From assembly GCA_963846575.1 (NCBI GenBank), contig CAWJWJ010000002.1:864001-928000 (forward strand): a DNA stretch of 64,000 nucleotides, in the 5' to 3' direction. The first letter of the stretch is position 1, and each line of letters opens with the position of its first letter. This document shows positions 1-9,754 of the stretch, piece after piece. Both the position numbers and the translations under genes were made by a program. Under the pieces are notes generated by a model, which was not told where the DNA came from, searched no databases, and saw only the letters and a list, made by a program, of their open reading frames with translations. Origin of the DNA: an uncultured Nitrospiraceae bacterium. Lineage in GTDB: Bacteria; Nitrospirota; Nitrospiria; Nitrospirales; Nitrospiraceae.

Positions 1-502
1 ACAAGCAGGTTCCACTCAAGCGACTATCACCGTGACATCGAAAAACGAGCCGTGGGGACAAATTGTTCTGCGTTTGTTTCCGGACGTCGCGCCCAATCAT
101 GTCAAAAACTTTGTCGATCTGGCGAAGCAGGGCTTTTACGACGGCACGACATTCCACCGGGTCATCCCCGGTTTCATGATTCAGGGTGGCGATCCCAACA
201 GCAAGAATCCTGATCGAGCCTCCCACGGCATGGGAGGGCCAGGGCACAAGGTGAAGGCGGAGTTCAATAGTAAGCCGCATAAGCGGGGCACCCTGTCCAT
301 GGCTCGCGCCAATGATCCGGATAGCGCTGGGTCGCAGTTTTTTATCTGCGTCAACGACTCCAACTTTCTGGACTGGCAATATACGGTGTTCGGGGAAGTG
401 CAGAGCGGACTCGAGGTCGTGGACAAGGTCGTCGGCGTCAAGCGCGACGGGCGGGACAATCCGCTTGAGCGCGTCGAGATGACGGTGGCGATCACCGAGT
501 AG
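1..502 (+). CDS. Cyclophilin-type peptidyl-prolyl cis-trans isomerase (frame open to window start, probably 5'-truncated)
   Basis: FYDGTTFHRVIPGFMIQGGDP, GTLSMARA, SAGSQFFI and YTVFGEV cyclophilin motifs. Confidence 0.95.
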   Translation, partial: QAGSTQATITVTSKNEPWGQIVLRLFPDVAPNHVKNFVDLAKQGFYDGTTFHRVIPGFMIQGGDPNSKNPDRASHGMGGPGHKVKAEFNSKPHKRGTLSMARANDPDSAGSQFFICVNDSNFLDWQYTVFGEVQSGLEVVDKVVGVKRDGRDNPLERVEMTVAITE

Positions 503-543
503 CCCAAGGCACCCTTCGTGAAGCGCCAGGAGAGCATATCGCA

Positions 544-1284
544 ATGAGCGTGACCCGGCTCTTCCTGCGCTTCGCGCGTCATGGCTCACGAAGCCTGGTG
601 CTCTGCCTGGTGGTCGCGGGCTGCGCCATCCCGCAAGTACCCTCCCGCACAGTCTACGAAGACCCGGTCAATTTTGTCCGTCTTGAAGTGGATGCCAACG
701 TGTTGCCGGAGTGGCCGCCCGGTCATTTCAGCCATCCGGCTGAATTTTCCCAGGAGCAAATGCGACGCGTGTTGATGGGGCTCACCGTTCGCGAGCACCG
801 GGTGGCTGTACAACGCTGGCTAGGGGATGACTCGCGGCGGTTGCCGATGTTTCGGGACGCGGAAATCGCGATGCTGGTGCCGCAGTTGGTGGAAGCCTTG
901 CGCATGGCCCGTGAAAATGAGCGGGTGACTTACTACATGAGTCAGCCGCAAACGTCGGTGAAACGCATCATCACGTCGGGAGGACTCTACCTCAAGGGCA
1001 CCGAACTCCATTTCATATTGGGTAATTGGCAGACGGTCTACGGAATTCCGGCGTACGGGATGATTTACGACCGTCGTTACCCGATGAACCCCGTCGTCTC
1101 CAAAGGCTTCGATTTATTTTTCGATCTCGACCAGGCCATGGTGCAGCAGAGCACCAGCTTGTGGGACTCGCTACTGGCCAACACCAAGGACGAACTCGTC
1201 ATCGATCTTGCCAAGGTCTTCCCGGGCCTGAACCTTCGGGCCGTGCTCTCGCCGACAGTCGACCGCCACAGTCCTGCGCTCTGA
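544..1284 (+). CDS. Hypothetical lipoprotein (paralog of 62245..62922)
   Basis: Hydrophobic N-terminus with lipobox VAGC; 246-aa ORF co-oriented with cyclophilin. Confidence 0.75.
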   Translation: MSVTRLFLRFARHGSRSLVLCLVVAGCAIPQVPSRTVYEDPVNFVRLEVDANVLPEWPPGHFSHPAEFSQEQMRRVLMGLTVREHRVAVQRWLGDDSRRLPMFRDAEIAMLVPQLVEALRMARENERVTYYMSQPQTSVKRIITSGGLYLKGTELHFILGNWQTVYGIPAYGMIYDRRYPMNPVVSKGFDLFFDLDQAMVQQSTSLWDSLLANTKDELVIDLAKVFPGLNLRAVLSPTVDRHSPAL

Positions 1285-1299
1285 CACGAGGATGGTCGG

Positions 1300-2730
1300 T
1301 CAATAGGCCTCCTCATGCGGATCTTCCACCCGGCTGACTCGAGTGGAGGGACCATTGACCGGAGTGGAACGGCTGAGCAAGAGTATCCGGGCTGTGTCGT
1401 CGCCTTGAGACGTATAAGCCAACGTCACCTCGGCGATCTTGTAGTCGTATTGCGTCTCGGCCAGGCGCGTCTGCGCTGCCGTGACGGCCACTTCGGACTG
1501 AGTCACCTCTACCACCGTTCCCAGTCCCAGTTTGTAGCGCTGTTTAGACAGTTGGAGGGCCTCTTCGGCGGTTCTGACCTGTTCCTCGGCCAAGGTGATT
1601 TGCTGGGCGAAGGTCAGTGTATCGAGGTAGGCATTGGTGACCTGTTGAGTCAGCGCCTGCTCGATATTGGTCGTTGCCGCAGAGGCAGCCTCGCGAATGG
1701 CGGTCGCCTCCACGACCTGGTTTTCGATGAGAAATCCCGTGAACAGCGGCATTGACACCAAGGCGCCTGCCATCCACCATCCGCCGGTCTGTTGATTCTG
1801 GCGGGGATCGAAAGGGTCGAACGTGCCGCCGCTGGCAATCGCCGATACTGTCGGCATGTATTGACGCTTGGCCGCCGTTAGTCTGGCATCCGCCGATGCG
1901 GTCTGCTCCTTGGCGCGTTTCACCTCCGGGTGCGAGAGACTCTCATTGATCAGGCTTTCCAGGGTTTTTTGCGGACGTACGTCCACGGAGATATTCTCCA
2001 GCACATAGTTCTCGGCGCCGGCGATCCCCATGGTCCGGTTCAAGTCGGCGAAGCTGGATTTCAAATCGTTGCGACTCCGGACCAGCAGCGACTGCGCGTT
2101 CACCAACTCGACGTGGGCCAGGTCGAAATCCAGTTTCGACTTCAGCTGTTGGCGGTAGAGAGTTTCGATCCGGGCCGCGATCTGCCCCCTTTCCCGCACC
2201 GTTTCTTCCGCAATCTGCACCAGCCGGCGTCGCTTCAGACTGTTCAGGTACGCACGTTGGACGTAGAGCAGCACCAGGGCACGTCTCGCGTTGACATCCT
2301 GGCCCAGCGCGCGCTCAGCCAGTTTGTTCGATGCGATGAGATTGCTGGTGTAACCGAAATCGTACAGCCGCTGGTTGGCGATCACGCCGCCGGTAAAGGT
2401 CGATTGGTTTTCCCGGAGCAGTCCGCCGCCGATCAGGAAGCGAGGGTTACTAACGCCCGCGCCCGCTATGGTGTTGGCATTGGCATAGATCTGAGGATAA
2501 TACAGCGAGCGAGCCTGTTCGGTGCGCGCCTCCGATGCCTTCAAGTTCGCGGTGCCTTCGAGGAGCATCGGGTGATTCTTGACGGCAATGTCGACGGCCT
2601 GTTGCACCCCGAGGAAACTACCGGAGGATAAGAGTGCAGCCTCGTCGGCCCCGGAGGCTGGGACAAAGGAGGCAGCTGCCGCCAGAACGAACAACGTCAC
2701 CCTGGCGGTGCGATGCAACGAGCGTCTCAT
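1300..2730 (-). CDS. TolC-family outer membrane efflux protein
   Basis: Signal peptide, two OEP-like repeats (YYPQIYA..LYDFG; YMPTVSA..PLFTG; RYKLGLGT), last gene of RND operon. Confidence 0.92.
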   Translation of the reverse strand: MRRSLHRTARVTLFVLAAAASFVPASGADEAALLSSGSFLGVQQAVDIAVKNHPMLLEGTANLKASEARTEQARSLYYPQIYANANTIAGAGVSNPRFLIGGGLLRENQSTFTGGVIANQRLYDFGYTSNLIASNKLAERALGQDVNARRALVLLYVQRAYLNSLKRRRLVQIAEETVRERGQIAARIETLYRQQLKSKLDFDLAHVELVNAQSLLVRSRNDLKSSFADLNRTMGIAGAENYVLENISVDVRPQKTLESLINESLSHPEVKRAKEQTASADARLTAAKRQYMPTVSAIASGGTFDPFDPRQNQQTGGWWMAGALVSMPLFTGFLIENQVVEATAIREAASAATTNIEQALTQQVTNAYLDTLTFAQQITLAEEQVRTAEEALQLSKQRYKLGLGTVVEVTQSEVAVTAAQTRLAETQYDYKIAEVTLAYTSQGDDTARILLLSRSTPVNGPSTRVSRVEDPHEEAY

Positions 2731-2741
2731 GAGAGGTCTCC

Positions 2742-4028
2742 TTATTTCGTATGTGCCGGATTCGATGCCGTGGGGGCAACCGTGGCCGGCGGTGTGCCGC
2801 CCGGTGCCCGCCGTTCAAACTTCTGTTGGGACGGCTTGGCGTCAGGCAAATTGAACGGCGAGGTCGTGACACGTGTGCCGTCCGGGAGTGTGCGTTTTCC
2901 GACGACCACGATCTCTTCGTCCCCTCGCAATCCGGAAGCAACCTCGATCCAGCGGCCATCGCTGATGCCGGTCTGGATCGGGATGGAGGTGGCCTTCCCC
3001 TGGTCCACGATATAGACCGATTTACCCTTCTGCGTACTGACGACCGCCTGGGGCGGGACAACCAGCGCCTGCGGAATGTCGCGTAATCCGAGCGAGACCT
3101 GCGCGAAGGTTCCTGGACGGAGTTCGTGCTTTTCGTTGGGGAGGTCGATTTCGACTAACAGGCTTCGCGTGGCGGGATCCAGTGCGAGAGTGGTGCGTGT
3201 GACGGGGCCGGTAAATGCGCGCCCTGGAAATTCCGATACCTTCACCGACGCCATGGTCTTACCGGGAACGACCCAGGGACTGTCGTCCTGGGGCACGTTC
3301 GCATACACGCGGACGGTGTCGAGATCCATGATCGTAAAGAGCGGAATCGCCGTGGATGCCGATGAGGTGGCCACCTGTATGAGTGCGCCGGGATCGGCGA
3401 AACGAGCGGTGACAATGCCGGCGTAGGGCGCGCGCACCTTCGTGTAGTCGCGCATAACCACTCGCTGCTCCATCAGGTGCCGGGCCCCTTGGTAGGTCGC
3501 TTCGGCAACATCCACATCCTGTTTGGCAATGACATCCGGCGATTCCGTCCAGACCTTGGCGAGGCGCTCGTAGGTGAGTTTCTTGATCTTGTAGTCCGAC
3601 ACCGCCTCCTGATACTGCTCTTCCACTTCCGGGGCATTGATGATCGCCACGACCTCATTTTTTTCCACGCGGTCGCCTTTGTCGGGGCCGATCCATTTCA
3701 GATATCCGGACACCTTGGCATAGAGGGTGGTCTGGTAGAACGGCGAAATGTTGGCCGGGAGAGTAATGGTGTAGACCAGATCGCGTCGCGTCGCTTTCGT
3801 CACCTGCACGTCGACCGGCACGCTCTCAGCAGCCGTCCCCTGGTGAGCAGGCTGGGGCGCATCGCCGCCAGCGGACGACGGAGCGGAACCCTCTTCGCCG
3901 GCCGCCTGAATATGGCGCCAGTACAACAGCCCACCGATGACCAGCGTGAGCGCGATCGCACCAGCAAGCCAGGGAGCGGGCCGCCGTGAGGACCGGATCA
4001 GACGGGAAGTCGTCGGCATATCGTCCAT
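2742..4028 (-). CDS. RND efflux periplasmic adaptor (membrane fusion protein)
   Basis: N-terminal TM, LYAKVSGYL..DKGDRV lipoyl half, VRAPYAGIV, LDPATRSL, LRPGTFA. Confidence 0.93.
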   Translation of the reverse strand: MDDMPTTSRLIRSSRRPAPWLAGAIALTLVIGGLLYWRHIQAAGEEGSAPSSAGGDAPQPAHQGTAAESVPVDVQVTKATRRDLVYTITLPANISPFYQTTLYAKVSGYLKWIGPDKGDRVEKNEVVAIINAPEVEEQYQEAVSDYKIKKLTYERLAKVWTESPDVIAKQDVDVAEATYQGARHLMEQRVVMRDYTKVRAPYAGIVTARFADPGALIQVATSSASTAIPLFTIMDLDTVRVYANVPQDDSPWVVPGKTMASVKVSEFPGRAFTGPVTRTTLALDPATRSLLVEIDLPNEKHELRPGTFAQVSLGLRDIPQALVVPPQAVVSTQKGKSVYIVDQGKATSIPIQTGISDGRWIEVASGLRGDEEIVVVGKRTLPDGTRVTTSPFNLPDAKPSQQKFERRAPGGTPPATVAPTASNPAHTK

Positions 4029-7000
4029 TAGTTGTCCTCCGAGGTCGCGTCGGCTGTCGCCGGGACCAGCTGGCGCTCCCGACGATGGAGCACGAGATAA
4101 TGCATCACGGGCACAACTAGCAAGGTCATCATCGTGCTCACGGCCAATCCGCCGACCACTGCGCGCGCCAGGGGCACCATTGTTTCGTTCCCTTCACCGA
4201 AGCCGAGCGCCAGCGGGAGAAGGCCGAGGATCGTGGCGAGCGCCGTCATGAGAATCGGACGGATGCGGCGGCGACCGGCTTCCAGTACCGCCTGTTCGGC
4301 GCGGGCACCATGGCGCACCATGCGATTGGCAAAATCCACCAGGAGGATGCTGTTCGACACCACGATGCCCATCATCATCAGTGTCCCGATCATGGACTCG
4401 ACGTTGACCGAGGTGTTCGTCACATGCAGTGTCAGAACCGTCCCGATCCATCCCAACGGCACGGCCACCAGGATGATCAACGGATCGATGAAGGAGCGAA
4501 ACAATGCCACCATCACCAGGTAGATGAGCATCACGGCAAGGGGCAGCGCCAGGGCGAAGTTCTGAATGGCCGCCCGCATGTTGGCGACCTCCCCACGCAG
4601 TTGCACGGTGACGTCTTTGGGCAGGGTAATACCGGCCAAGACCTGTTCGATATCCTTCGCCACCCGGCCCAGGTCGTTTCCGACCGGCGTCACCAGCACA
4701 TTGATCAATCGCGACAAATCGTAGTGGTCCACCGAATCGGGGCCGGTCTTGAAATTCAGTGACGCTACGTCCCGCAGCAAGAGCGGTGGCCCGCGCCGAT
4801 CGTCGCCGGACGCATAATAACCGGTGGCGAGTTCCATCTGCCGTCCGGCGAAGGGCGTGTTCTGCAATGCCAGGGTGGACCCCTGCATCCCGCCCCCCGT
4901 GAGGCTGGCGGTGGGCAGCAGCGGCGTGCGGGCGCCGATGATGGGAATGTTCAGCAGATCCTCGGTCGTGGTCAGCGATTGCTCGGGGTACTGCGCCAGA
5001 AGAAAGTATCCGTTCGCGGTTTTGGGATCCAACCAGTAATTCGGAGACAGGGCCAGGTTCGAGCTGATGCCGGTCACGACGTCGACGACCACCCGGTTCT
5101 GATTGACGCCGTAATAGGCCGCCTTGGTCCGGTCCACGTCAATGTGCAACTCCGGATAACTTTTCCCTTGCTTGATGCGCACGTCGACCGTGTTGGGAAC
5201 CTGCGCGATCTGTTGCTGAATCCGCTCCGCCACGGGCCGGATGAGGTCGAGGTTCGGCCCTTTGACCTGAATGTCGATCGGCGCCTTCAGCCCGAAGTTC
5301 AACACGTCGCTGATGATGCCGCCGGTTTGGAACGCGACTTCCACGCCGGGCAGTTCGGAGGCGAGTTTTTCGCGCAACGACGCGATGTAGTCTTCCGAGC
5401 GGCCCTCGTGGCCGGAGATCAGATTCACGAGCACGAAGGCGGTATGGTTTCCGGTGTTGGGGGCGAAGCGGGCGGCGTCTCCATAATACAGGCCTGAGTT
5501 GGAAATCACTTCTTCCAGCTCGGCTTTCGGGATGGTCTCCTGCACCAGTTGTTCAATCCGCCCCACAATCGCGGTGGTCTTCTCGATGCGCGATCCTTCG
5601 GGCGCTATCACCATCATGGTGAAATTGCCCGCGTCCACCTTAGGGAAAAACTCGGTGTGGAGCAGAGGGACGAGCACAAGGCCTGTGGCCATCAAGGCCA
5701 GGGTGGCCAGGGCGATGACCAACACCTTGAGTCGCAGCCCGGTTTTGAGGAGGGGTTCATAGATCGCGAGTACATAGCGGAACCACCCTTCGTCGGCCGA
5801 GGAATCCTCCGGGGCCCCGTGACCGTGCCCGGTCTGATAGAGCCAAGCCAGGATGACGGGAGTGACCGACATGGAGACGACATAGTCCGCCAACATGGCG
5901 AATGCGACCGTCATGGCGAGCGGGACAAAGAGATACTTGATGATGCCGGTAAAAAACATGATCGGTAGATAGACAATCAGGATGCAGATGGTCGCCACGA
6001 GAATCGGGAGAGTCAGTTCGGTCGCGCTGTCTTCCGCCGCGGAGCGCCCGTCTTTGCCCATCTCCAAATGCCGGTGCAGGTTCTCCTGCACCACGATATT
6101 GTTGTCCAGCAAGGTTCCTATGACCAGCGCCAACCCGCCCAGCGTCATGATGTTCACGGTTTGCCCGGTGAGGTACAGGGCGACCAAAGCGGCGGTCAGC
6201 GAAAGCGGAATGGCCAGACCGACGACGAGCGCGGCCTTGGCACTCGCCAGAAATACAAAAATCATCAACCCGGCCAGTCCGGCGCCGAGGAGTCCCTCTT
6301 TTTGGAGATTCGCGATGGCTTGACGGATGTAGAGCGACTGGTCGTAGAGGAATTTGACCGTGGCGTCGGCGGGAATCTCCGTCAGTTTGGACAGTTTGTC
6401 CCGCATGCCGTCCGTCACCTCGAGCGTGTTGGCGCCTTCCTGGCGGGTGATCGGAATATAGGTGGCTTCGCGTCCGTTCACGCGCACGATGGAGGTCTGG
6501 ATGGCCGCACTGTCGGACGCCGTGCCGATGTCGCGTACTAGCACAGGGGTGCCGTTCACGATCTTGATGGGAATGTCGTTGATCTTGTCGACCACGTCGA
6601 TGAGGCTGTTGGAATAGACGTAGTAGTCCAGATCGCCGATTTTGAGGTTGCCGGCGGGAATGATGGCGCTCTGTGAATTGATCGCCGTGACCACTTCGGA
6701 AGGAGAGATGCCGCGCGCCAGCAGGCGCTGCTGGTCGAGGAACACCGTGATCTGCCGGACTTTGCCGCCCAGCGGCGGACCGAAGGAAATGCCGGGAATG
6801 TTGGCGATCTGCTGGCGCACGGTGAAGTAGGCCAGGTCGCGTATTTCCTTGGGACCGAGGGACTCGCTGGAGATGGAGAGCAGGCCCACCGGGAGACTGG
6901 AGACGCCGAATTTATAGACCGAGGGCGGGTACACGCCGGGCGGCAGGAGCCGGATGATGCTATAGGCCAGACTCGTCAACTCGGATTGGGCCGCATCGAT

Positions 7001-7297
7001 GCTGTAGTCCGGCTGAAAAAAGACCTTGATGTAACTCATTCCGGCAAGCGACTGTGATTCGATGTGCTCCACGTAGCTCGCTTCGACGAACCGCTGTTCC
7101 ATCTTGAGCGTAATGGCGCCTTCCATCTCGCCGGGGCTCAACCCTCGATAAAACGTGGTGACGAGAATCGAGGGCAGCTTGATCTCGGGAAAGATGTCCA
7201 CGCGCATTTTCTGGTAGGACACGCCCCCCAGAATAAGCGCGATCATGCAGAGAGCGAACACGGCATAGGGGTTTTTGAGCGCGGCGCGAGTCAGCAT
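4028..7297 (-). CDS. RND efflux permease (AcrB/AcrD/AcrF superfamily)
   Basis: 1089 aa, VDIFPEI, NIMTLGGLAL..DNNIVVQEN, RRIRPILMT, PLARAVVGGL. Confidence 0.95.
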   Translation of the reverse strand: MLTRAALKNPYAVFALCMIALILGGVSYQKMRVDIFPEIKLPSILVTTFYRGLSPGEMEGAITLKMEQRFVEASYVEHIESQSLAGMSYIKVFFQPDYSIDAAQSELTSLAYSIIRLLPPGVYPPSVYKFGVSSLPVGLLSISSESLGPKEIRDLAYFTVRQQIANIPGISFGPPLGGKVRQITVFLDQQRLLARGISPSEVVTAINSQSAIIPAGNLKIGDLDYYVYSNSLIDVVDKINDIPIKIVNGTPVLVRDIGTASDSAAIQTSIVRVNGREATYIPITRQEGANTLEVTDGMRDKLSKLTEIPADATVKFLYDQSLYIRQAIANLQKEGLLGAGLAGLMIFVFLASAKAALVVGLAIPLSLTAALVALYLTGQTVNIMTLGGLALVIGTLLDNNIVVQENLHRHLEMGKDGRSAAEDSATELTLPILVATICILIVYLPIMFFTGIIKYLFVPLAMTVAFAMLADYVVSMSVTPVILAWLYQTGHGHGAPEDSSADEGWFRYVLAIYEPLLKTGLRLKVLVIALATLALMATGLVLVPLLHTEFFPKVDAGNFTMMVIAPEGSRIEKTTAIVGRIEQLVQETIPKAELEEVISNSGLYYGDAARFAPNTGNHTAFVLVNLISGHEGRSEDYIASLREKLASELPGVEVAFQTGGIISDVLNFGLKAPIDIQVKGPNLDLIRPVAERIQQQIAQVPNTVDVRIKQGKSYPELHIDVDRTKAAYYGVNQNRVVVDVVTGISSNLALSPNYWLDPKTANGYFLLAQYPEQSLTTTEDLLNIPIIGARTPLLPTASLTGGGMQGSTLALQNTPFAGRQMELATGYYASGDDRRGPPLLLRDVASLNFKTGPDSVDHYDLSRLINVLVTPVGNDLGRVAKDIEQVLAGITLPKDVTVQLRGEVANMRAAIQNFALALPLAVMLIYLVMVALFRSFIDPLIILVAVPLGWIGTVLTLHVTNTSVNVESMIGTLMMMGIVVSNSILLVDFANRMVRHGARAEQAVLEAGRRRIRPILMTALATILGLLPLALGFGEGNETMVPLARAVVGGLAVSTMMTLLVVPVMHYLVLHRRERQLVPATADATSEDN

Positions 7298-7725
7298 GGA
7301 GAGGTCAGTCGTGCAGTACAGTTATGTTCGATCCAGAATTTCCAGAGGTGGTGGACCACCGTGATAAGGTCTTCAAACTGGCCCGGTTTTACGACATAGC
7401 CGTTCGCGCCAGCCTGGTAGCACGCGTGGATATCCAGCGCGTCGTCGGAACTCGTGAGGATCACAATGGGGATATGCGAATAGAGGCGATGTTGCTTGAG
7501 CTGTCTCAGAAGATCCAGGCCGCGTTCGCCTCGTAACTTGAGGTCCAGGAGGATGAGGCCGGGCTCGTCCCTGTTCAAGTGATCGTTGAGGTGTTTCATC
7601 ATCGCGAGGCCGCCGTCGGTCATGTCCAACCTGCCTTTGTACCCCGCCTGCTCAAGCGCCTGGCGAAACAGTTCACATTCACCGGGGCTGTCATCGACCA
7701 CCAGAATAGAAGAGGAGTTGGGCAT
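7291..7725 (-). CDS. Single-domain response regulator (Rcp1/CheY-like)
   Basis: ILVVDD, ILLDLKL, PIVILTSS, CYQAGANGYVVKP; overlaps the permease start. Confidence 0.92.
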   Translation of the reverse strand: MPNSSSILVVDDSPGECELFRQALEQAGYKGRLDMTDGGLAMMKHLNDHLNRDEPGLILLDLKLRGERGLDLLRQLKQHRLYSHIPIVILTSSDDALDIHACYQAGANGYVVKPGQFEDLITVVHHLWKFWIEHNCTARLTSPC

Positions 7726-7737
7726 GCCTGAGAGAAC

Positions 7738-7753
7738 AGCACGGAATGTGCCC
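7738..7753 (-). promoter_or_regulatory. Candidate sigma-54 (-24/-12) promoter for the response regulator-RND operon
   Basis: Minus strand GGGCACATTCCGTGCT = GG-N10-GC with GGCAC core; AT-rich tract immediately upstream. Confidence 0.55.
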
Positions 7754-7861
7754 GACTCTCTTCGTCACACATAAGTTATATTTAATCCTTAAAAAACAAG
7801 AGTGTGCACTATATAGATGATGCGATTGATAATCTATCTACGGCGTGTGGACGTGGAAGGA

Positions 7862-7898
7862 GTGGGGAGAAATTCCAGTGCGGTAGGGAATAAATCCA
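7862..7898. promoter_or_regulatory. Candidate tandem upstream activator sites for an enhancer-binding protein
   Basis: Imperfect direct repeat GTGGGGAGAAATTCCA / GTAGGGAATAAATCCA with 21-bp period, about 110-145 bp upstream of the -24/-12 box. Confidence 0.45.
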
Positions 7899-8008
7899 GA
7901 GCTGTGAAAACGTCGGTGGACGGCACTGCCGTCTGACGCCTCGGCATCTCGCGCCGCTCGGTTATGGGGGCAGGTCCCCTCGCTTCAAGCGAGGCCGCCG
8001 GAGTGCCA

Positions 8009-9307
8009 TCACCGACCGCGGCCTGCCCCGTGACTGAAAGAGTGGCCGCCGCTCGCACCCGCGATTGGGCCACCCCCGGATCGAGGACCAACGGAGGGAC
8101 TCTGCTGCGAGAGTGAGGGTGAGGTGCGAATGTTCGGGGGGCTCGGCTGCCAGAAATGAGAGGGATGGAGTTGGTAGGGTGGCGGCTGAGGTGAAGGTTG
8201 ATAGGTCGCTGGCGGAGCAGACCTCGGTGCCTGGAGGTTGACGATATCGCCGACCTTTGCCGGCACGCCTGCGGGCGTCAGCAGCGGCGGGATATATGAA
8301 GACACCGGCGGTCTGGGTGGCGTCACCGACGACTGACGGAGAGTTTGCTTAGACAGGGGCGCCATGTCAGGCGAAACGGTGCCGTTCTGCATCGTGATCA
8401 TGCGTTGCGCGAGCGCCAGATGGCGGTGGCGGGGAGAGAGGCGTTGCGCTTGAAGGAGGAGCCCATTGACGCCGCCTACGACAATCCCGGGATAGGAGTA
8501 AAAGCCCATCGTCGGGTAGGTCCAACTGGTCCAGGCTTGGGACACCAGCGCATTCGCTTGCAGCTCGTCAAACATGTCCCGCCGGCGTTGGGTGAGTGTC
8601 TGCACCTCTTCCGGCGATGTCGCGGCGGCCAGCGACTGGTTGGCGGCATCGAGCTGCTGCTGCAGTTGATCGGTTTCGGCGCGGAGCGCCGCGAGTTCCT
8701 GCCTGGCGCTCTCGTTGTCCCGCAGGGCCGTGATGGCCTGTGCCACTTCATGGGGATCGATCTCCGCCGTCAGGTCGGCTCGGACTATGGTGCTGCCCTG
8801 CTCCATCCGGGTCGTGATCGACTGATTGAGGATATTGACGATGCCCGCCGTATAGGTGCGGATGTCCTCTCGCGTCACATCCATATCCCTGACCTCGGTG
8901 ACACTCTCTAAGTAAGTTGAGACCTGTTCAAGCGCCTCTTTCTTAGCGGCCTCGACCGCCAAACGCAGAGCATCGGCCCTGGTGTCGTGTGCGCCCATGC
9001 GGTACTCCGCGCTGGCCGTGACTTTCCGGACCTTGGCGGGGATTGCCGGCCGGCCATCGGCAGGAGCAGGTATGGAAGCGGAAGCCGGGGCAGCCGTCTG
9101 CGGGGCATCCGCCTCCCGTACCACGAGCTTGTCGCGATACTTCTCAGGGATTGAGTGCAATTCGTTGGTAAAGGTGAGGATGCCCGCGTCGTCGGTATAG
9201 GTATAGATGGCAGCCGATCCCAGGCTGAGTGATGCCGCGACTGCCTGGGTCGCGAGCGAAAGAAGAAGTGCCGTGCAGAGTTTCAATGCGCCGCGGGAGA
9301 AGTGCAT
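8009..9307 (-). CDS. Exported hypothetical protein: DUF4124-like N-terminus, coiled coil, Pro/Ser-rich tail
   Basis: Signal peptide, IYTYTDDAGILTFTN..IPEKYR motif, heptad-rich segment, low-complexity C-terminus. Confidence 0.7.
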   Translation of the reverse strand: MHFSRGALKLCTALLLSLATQAVAASLSLGSAAIYTYTDDAGILTFTNELHSIPEKYRDKLVVREADAPQTAAPASASIPAPADGRPAIPAKVRKVTASAEYRMGAHDTRADALRLAVEAAKKEALEQVSTYLESVTEVRDMDVTREDIRTYTAGIVNILNQSITTRMEQGSTIVRADLTAEIDPHEVAQAITALRDNESARQELAALRAETDQLQQQLDAANQSLAAATSPEEVQTLTQRRRDMFDELQANALVSQAWTSWTYPTMGFYSYPGIVVGGVNGLLLQAQRLSPRHRHLALAQRMITMQNGTVSPDMAPLSKQTLRQSSVTPPRPPVSSYIPPLLTPAGVPAKVGDIVNLQAPRSAPPATYQPSPQPPPYQLHPSHFWQPSPPNIRTSPSLSQQSPSVGPRSGGGPIAGASGGHSFSHGAGRGR

Positions 9308-9754
9308 CAGGTCCCCCGTTTCTTTAGGTACTCACCATACCACACCACGGCGGTGCGAATCGCGAGCCGGAGACTTGGATAAGTATGCTCCGAGCGGGTT
9401 GGGTTTTGTCGTCCTCCGGCGGACAGCCTGATGGTTGGCCGGGGTTCGGGGGATGCCCGGTCCCGCTCGCGAGGTAGACTCCCAGGCGGTGGCTAAGGGG
9501 CGTTGAAAGCCTCAGCGTCAGTGGAGTAGCGGAGAATACTGCTCAACGGAAAGATGGACCATATGCCCGAGTGATCTGTGAGCACGATCAAAGGGGATGG
9601 CTCATGATCTGTATGCCTGGCGGCAGCTGTGCGATCGACATATTGTCGTAAATGTTGGTTTGCAAGATCTGACCCCTTCGGCATTCATTCAAGACTGACG
9701 CACTTTGCAATGTCACCCTCCGATGTTAGTTCCACAGTTCCAAGATCTGTGGCC

